Shown piece after piece: positions 61,036 through 64,000 of a stretch of 64,000 nucleotides of DNA. The translations under genes were made by a program, and so were the position numbers. The stretch lies in IMG/VR virus record IMGVR_UViG_3300028648_000132. One strand, given 5' to 3'. Every line of letters starts with the position of its first letter. Position 1 is the stretch's first letter. The stretch is from a virus. Its lineage: Duplodnaviria; Heunggongvirae; Uroviricota; Caudoviricetes. The notes beneath the pieces were generated by a model. It was not told the origin of the DNA. It worked only from the letters and a program-made list of their open reading frames with translations, and did not search any database.

Positions 61036-61950
61036 TTACGAGGGGAACTTCTCGATGACGCGTTGCAGCGCGTCTCGTGCGCGGACCAGGTCGCTCTTGC
61101 GTAGGGCGAGTTGGTCCGCGTTCTTGTCGAAGCGGTCGTCGGCCGCCAGTGCCTCTACCCGCTTCACCGCCTTCGTGACTGCCGTGGTGGCGTCGTCGAA
61201 GGAGTCTGTGATCGGTTTCCGGCGCGCTGGGGCTGGCGCTGGCTCGGGTTCCGGTTCTGCCGCGACGGGTTCTGTCAGGTCGTCGCAGTAGCGGTGGATG
61301 TCGTCGAACTCGTCGAAGCGTTCGTGGTCTTCCTGGGTGGCGTTGTCGTACAGCTCGATGCGGGCGCCGCAGGGGCATACGGCGAACGAGGTGAGGGTCG
61401 GCTGTACGCCGTCGGTCACGGGTGCGTTGTGCACGACTGAGTACCCGTCGCCGGAGATAAGTAGCGACGGGGTCAGTGGTGGCCCGGAGGCCGTCCCGCC
61501 GTGTGGCAAGTGGGCGGACTCCGGGTGGTCTTCGGTTGTGGGGAGGTCTGGCACGACGGCCAGGTGAGGGCGGACAGGCTGGGTGGACGCGTACGTCTTG
61601 CCGTCGGTGCCCATGACAGCCGCAGGTGCGGCAGATGCCGCGCCTGACAGGTCGCGGCGGACGGTGCGGTCATCGACTCCTATTGCGGAGCCGATTGCGC
61701 GTGTTGATAGGCCGAGGTCGCGCAGGGACTGCACTACCTCGCCGCGGGTCTCGCGGGGCAGCTTGAACCAGGTGGACCCGAACTCGCGTTCGCAGTAGAC
61801 GTCCCAGGTCGGGTATCCGAGAACTGCCCAGGCGCGGTCGGTGTAGGCCTTGGCGATGAGGTCCCAGGCCCGGTCAATTGTGGTGCGGATGCGCTCGGTG
61901 AGGTCACGAGCGGCCGAGGGGGACATGGCGGTGGCTGCGATGGTGCTCAT
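61036..61950 (-). CDS. HTH DNA-binding protein
   Basis: Start at MSTIAATAMSPSAARDL (ATGA overlap). HTH segment LRDLGLSTRAIGSAIGVDDRTVRRDL. Confidence 0.5.
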   Translation of the reverse strand: MSTIAATAMSPSAARDLTERIRTTIDRAWDLIAKAYTDRAWAVLGYPTWDVYCEREFGSTWFKLPRETRGEVVQSLRDLGLSTRAIGSAIGVDDRTVRRDLSGAASAAPAAVMGTDGKTYASTQPVRPHLAVVPDLPTTEDHPESAHLPHGGTASGPPLTPSLLISGDGYSVVHNAPVTDGVQPTLTSFAVCPCGARIELYDNATQEDHERFDEFDDIHRYCDDLTEPVAAEPEPEPAPAPARRKPITDSFDDATTAVTKAVKRVEALAADDRFDKNADQLALRKSDLVRARDALQRVIEKFPS

Positions 61951-62180
61951 GACGCGGCCTGTGCGTAGTCGTTGAGGTCGCGGGTGGCCTGGCGGGCCTG
62001 GGCGTAGAGGCGGACGGCCTGGTGGTCGAGCAGGTAGGTCTTGCCGACGAGTCGGGCGGGGATACGGCCGGAAACGGCGAGCGCCTGGAGAGTCCGTTTG
62101 GAGACGTTGTATGTAGTCGCGGCCTTGGTGACGGTGATCTCGTCTGGCTGCTCGGGTATCTCGGCGGTGGGTGCGGCCAT
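61947..62180 (-). CDS. Cro/excisionase-like HTH protein (first gene of the leftward early operon)
   Basis: Xis/MerR-type HTH TTYNVSKRTLQALAVSGRIPARLVGKTYLL. Start taken at the ATG at 62180; the track start at 62216 is a TTG. Divergent from the repressor gene across a 162-bp operator region. Confidence 0.55.
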   Translation of the reverse strand: MAAPTAEIPEQPDEITVTKAATTYNVSKRTLQALAVSGRIPARLVGKTYLLDHQAVRLYAQARQATRDLNDYAQAAS

Positions 62181-62342
62181 ACGCCCATCTTGCGCATATT
62201 CGCATAGTGCGCGCAAGCGCCTGCATTGAAGTTTTCGCAGTTAGGGAACTTATTGGCCTTTAGCAGCAATCAGCCGGTGTTTGCGGATTGGGCTATTTCG
62301 TACCACCTTGCGAGTGTGCGCGTACGCGCATAGCATGCGCAT
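62181..62342. promoter_or_regulatory. divergent immunity control region with operator-like dyads
   Basis: Two related dyads: CGCATAGTGCGCGC (~62201-62215) and CGCATAGCATGCGC (~62326-62340). Also a perfect 14-bp palindrome TGCGCGTACGCGCA at 62317-62330 and recurring GCGCATA heptamers, one of which overlaps the repressor start codon. Confidence 0.45.
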
Positions 62343-62645
62343 ATGACCGTTGCATACGAAACCGGGACTATCCCCCCAATGCGTCTGCGATACCGCCTAC
62401 AGATCGCACGGGAAGAAGCCCAACTAGATCAAAGGCAACTGGCCGACATGATGGGCGTCGGCCGGTCGGTAATTGGCAATTGCGAAAAGGGTCGGACCGT
62501 CCCTAAAAAGATCGTCCTCAACGCCTGGGCATTGGCCTGTGGAGTGCCAGTAAGTTGGCTAGCCGAGGGCGAAGGTGAGCAGCCGCCGGAGGGCGACGGG
62601 CCGTCTGTGGTGCGCCCGAAGGGATTCGAACCCCTAACCTTCTGA
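62343..62645 (+). CDS. immunity repressor (XRE-family HTH), prophage form with its C-terminus encoded across attR inside host tRNA-Arg
   Basis: 100 aa with the HTH LDQRQLADMMGVGRSVIGNCEKGRTV. Transcribed divergently from the cro-like gene. The last ~12 codons (VVRPKGFEPLTF*) are read from the tRNA-Arg gene. Confidence 0.6.
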   Translation: MTVAYETGTIPPMRLRYRLQIAREEAQLDQRQLADMMGVGRSVIGNCEKGRTVPKKIVLNAWALACGVPVSWLAEGEGEQPPEGDGPSVVRPKGFEPLTF

Positions 62646-62683
62646 TCCGTAGTCAGATGCTCTATCCGTTGAGCTACGGGCGC
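62608..62683 (-). tRNA. tRNA-Arg (anticodon ACG), CCA encoded; integration site (attR overlaps its 3' end)
   Basis: Cloverleaf: GCGCCCG-UA-GCUC-AACGGAUA-GAGC-A-UCUGA-CUACGGA-UCAGA-AGGUU-AGGGG-UUCGAAU-CCCUU-CGGGCGC-A-CCA. Confidence 0.9.
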
Positions 62684-62730
62684 TTACTATTCAATTGTTG
62701 CAGGTCAACAGGTTTGGCCTGCAGACCGAC

Positions 62731-62819
62731 GCGGAGGCGAGAGGATTTGAACCTCCGGTCCCCCGTAAAGGGGACAACTCATTAGCAGTGAGTCCCATTC
62801 GGCCGCTCTGGCACGCCTC
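62731..62819 (-). tRNA. tRNA-Ser (anticodon GCU), type II with a long variable arm
   Basis: GGAGGCG acceptor, D-arm GCCAGAGCGGCCGAAUGGGAC, anticodon loop CUGCUAA, and a long variable arm before the T-arm GGAGG-UUCAAAU-CCUCU. Coordinates are approximate to +/-1 nt. Confidence 0.85.
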
Positions 62820-62956
62820 CTGAACTTCCTGAGCGGGACTCCGGACCCATAAAAATGGATCCCGAACCGCCGAGGGCACAGAGTACAGGGCCGCGCGCCC
62901 CAAAGGCAAAGCCGTTGGTCGTCATCGGGCCCCACGTGCCCCGATAGTCTGGTCAC

Positions 62957-64000
62957 GTGCCCGCACGACTTCGCCCCGAACTGACCGAACTACCGGCCTA
63001 CACACCGGGCCGAAACGTCCCCGGCGCCATCAAGCTCGCCAGTAATGAGACCGTGCAGGAGCCGCTGCCGAGCGTGCGGGCCGCCCTCGCCGAGGCGGGG
63101 TCGCTGATCAATCGGTACCCCGATAATGGCTACGCCGAGCTGCGCTCGCACCTGGCCAAGCACGTCGACATGCCGCCCGAGCACATCGCGGTGGGGTGCG
63201 GGTCGGTGAGCCTATGCCAGCAGCTGGTCCAGATCACCGCAACGGTGGGCGACGAGGTGCTGTTCGGCTGGCGGTCCTTTGAGACCTATCCGTTGGTGGT
63301 GCGGGTCGCGGGGGCGACTCCGGTGCAGGTACCGCTGGTCGACCACACCTATGACCTCGCCGCCATGGCGGCCGCCGTAACCGACGTCACCCGGCTGATC
63401 TTCGTCTGCAACCCCAACAACCCGACCGGCACCGTGGTGCGGCCCGCCGAACTGCGGCGGTTCGTCGAGTCGGTGCCGCCGCATATCCTGATCGCGATCG
63501 ACGAGGCCTACGTCGAGTACGTACGCGAGGACTTCACCGACAGCCTCGCACTGGTGCGTGAGCACCCCAATGTCGTTGTCTTACGCACCTTCTCAAAGGC
63601 ATACGGCCTGGCGGGGCTGCGAGTCGGCTACGCGGTCGGCGATCCCGATGTGATCACCACACTGGGCAAGGTGTACGTACCGTTCAGCGCGTCGAGCCTG
63701 GCGCAAGCTGCCGCGGTGGCTTCCCTCGGCGCCGCCGAAGAGCTGCTCGCGCGCACCAATGACGTTGTCACCGAACGCGCCCGGGTGACCAGTGCGCTGC
63801 GGGAAGCCGGCTATCAGGTGCCGCCGTCGCAGGCGAACTTCGTGTGGTTGCCGCTGGGCGAGCGCTCCACCGAATTCGCGCAAGCCTCCGCCGAGGCCCG
63901 AATCATTGTGCGCCCCTTTGGAACCGATGGCGTCCGGGTGACCATCGGAGCACCGATGGAAAACGACGCGTTCCTGAAGTTCTCGCGCGCCTGGCGCTAG
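62957..64000 (+). CDS. hisC: histidinol-phosphate / aromatic amino-acid aminotransferase (class II PLP), host gene
   Basis: 347 aa with a GTG start. The PLP-lysine motif FSKAYGLAGLRVGY and NPNNPTG are typical of the HisC family. The synteny with tRNA-Arg and tRNA-Ser resembles the mycobacterial hisC2/pat locus. Confidence 0.85.
   Translation: MPARLRPELTELPAYTPGRNVPGAIKLASNETVQEPLPSVRAALAEAGSLINRYPDNGYAELRSHLAKHVDMPPEHIAVGCGSVSLCQQLVQITATVGDEVLFGWRSFETYPLVVRVAGATPVQVPLVDHTYDLAAMAAAVTDVTRLIFVCNPNNPTGTVVRPAELRRFVESVPPHILIAIDEAYVEYVREDFTDSLALVREHPNVVVLRTFSKAYGLAGLRVGYAVGDPDVITTLGKVYVPFSASSLAQAAAVASLGAAEELLARTNDVVTERARVTSALREAGYQVPPSQANFVWLPLGERSTEFAQASAEARIIVRPFGTDGVRVTIGAPMENDAFLKFSRAWR

Noticed and set aside
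62608-62645. Possibility that the repressor ORF running into the tRNA is a chance read-through
   Set aside because: Kept as a real feature. The ORF has an XRE HTH, sits divergent to a cro-like gene with operator dyads, and a repressor that crosses attR into a tRNA is the arrangement of integration-dependent immunity systems. I flag it as needing attL for confirmation.
1-62645. Integrase, attL, lysis cassette (lysin A/B, holin) and CRISPR arrays
   Set aside because: None of these was found in the window. The prophage evidently continues beyond the left edge, where int/attL (and probably the lysis genes after the minor tail genes) should lie. No CRISPR-like repeat-spacer structure is present.
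62684-62730. Inverted repeat TGCAGG...CCTGCA between the two host tRNAs, as a possible regulatory element
   Set aside because: It is short (6-bp arms), sits in host DNA between tRNA genes, and is most simply a weak processing/terminator hairpin. It is not linked to the prophage.

Overview
High-GC (~67%) actinobacterial DNA. Positions 1 to ~62,645 are the right-hand ~62.6 kb of an integrated siphovirus-type (HK97-like) mycobacteriophage prophage; the integrase/attL end lies beyond the left edge of the window. The prophage is inserted at the 3' end of a host tRNA-Arg(ACG) gene (62608-62683). Host tRNA-Ser(GCT) and a HisC-family aminotransferase gene (62957-64000) follow on the right.

Nearly all prophage genes are on the minus strand. 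Reading from high to low coordinates:
- 62343-62645 (+): an XRE-type immunity repressor whose 3' end reads into the host tRNA, the layout expected for an integration-dependent immunity system.
- 62216 down to 38597: a ~24 kb early operon of about 45 small genes. Recognisable products include a Cro/Xis-like HTH protein, ParB-like nucleases, two DnaQ-like exonucleases, a RecT/YqaJ recombination pair, an HNH endonuclease, an SPFH/band-7 membrane protein, a replication-initiator-like protein with internal iterons, MazG-like and Gp37/Gp68-family proteins, and many Zn-ribbon proteins.
- 37331-38600 (+): an oppositely oriented accessory island containing a putative BrnT/BrnA-like toxin-antitoxin pair.
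- 34201-35916: a Ro60/Rsr (TROVE + vWA) gene, directly followed by a tandem array of five to six Y-RNA-like, permuted tRNA-like ncRNA modules (35948-36808).
- 22592-33793: about 20 small genes, including an MTase fused to a ParB domain, a P-loop/HNH protein, and a membrane protein with a coiled coil.
- 22629 down to 1: the structural module: TerS, TerL, portal, protease, capsid, connectors, major tail, the G/G-T chaperones, a 1568-aa tape measure, and a series of minor tail proteins.

Genes are tightly packed, with very frequent ATGA/GTGA/TTGA start-stop overlaps and many GTG/TTG starts. Most long Arg/Pro-rich N-terminal extensions and opposite-strand ORFs in the six-frame track are GC-bias artefacts.

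The most notable feature is the Ro60 homologue next to a multi-copy Y-RNA-like array in which T-arm, closed acceptor hairpin and D-arm are circularly permuted relative to tRNA. Also notable are a recurring AGCTATAC palindromic operator/promoter motif at accessory-gene boundaries and an iteron cluster inside the initiator gene.
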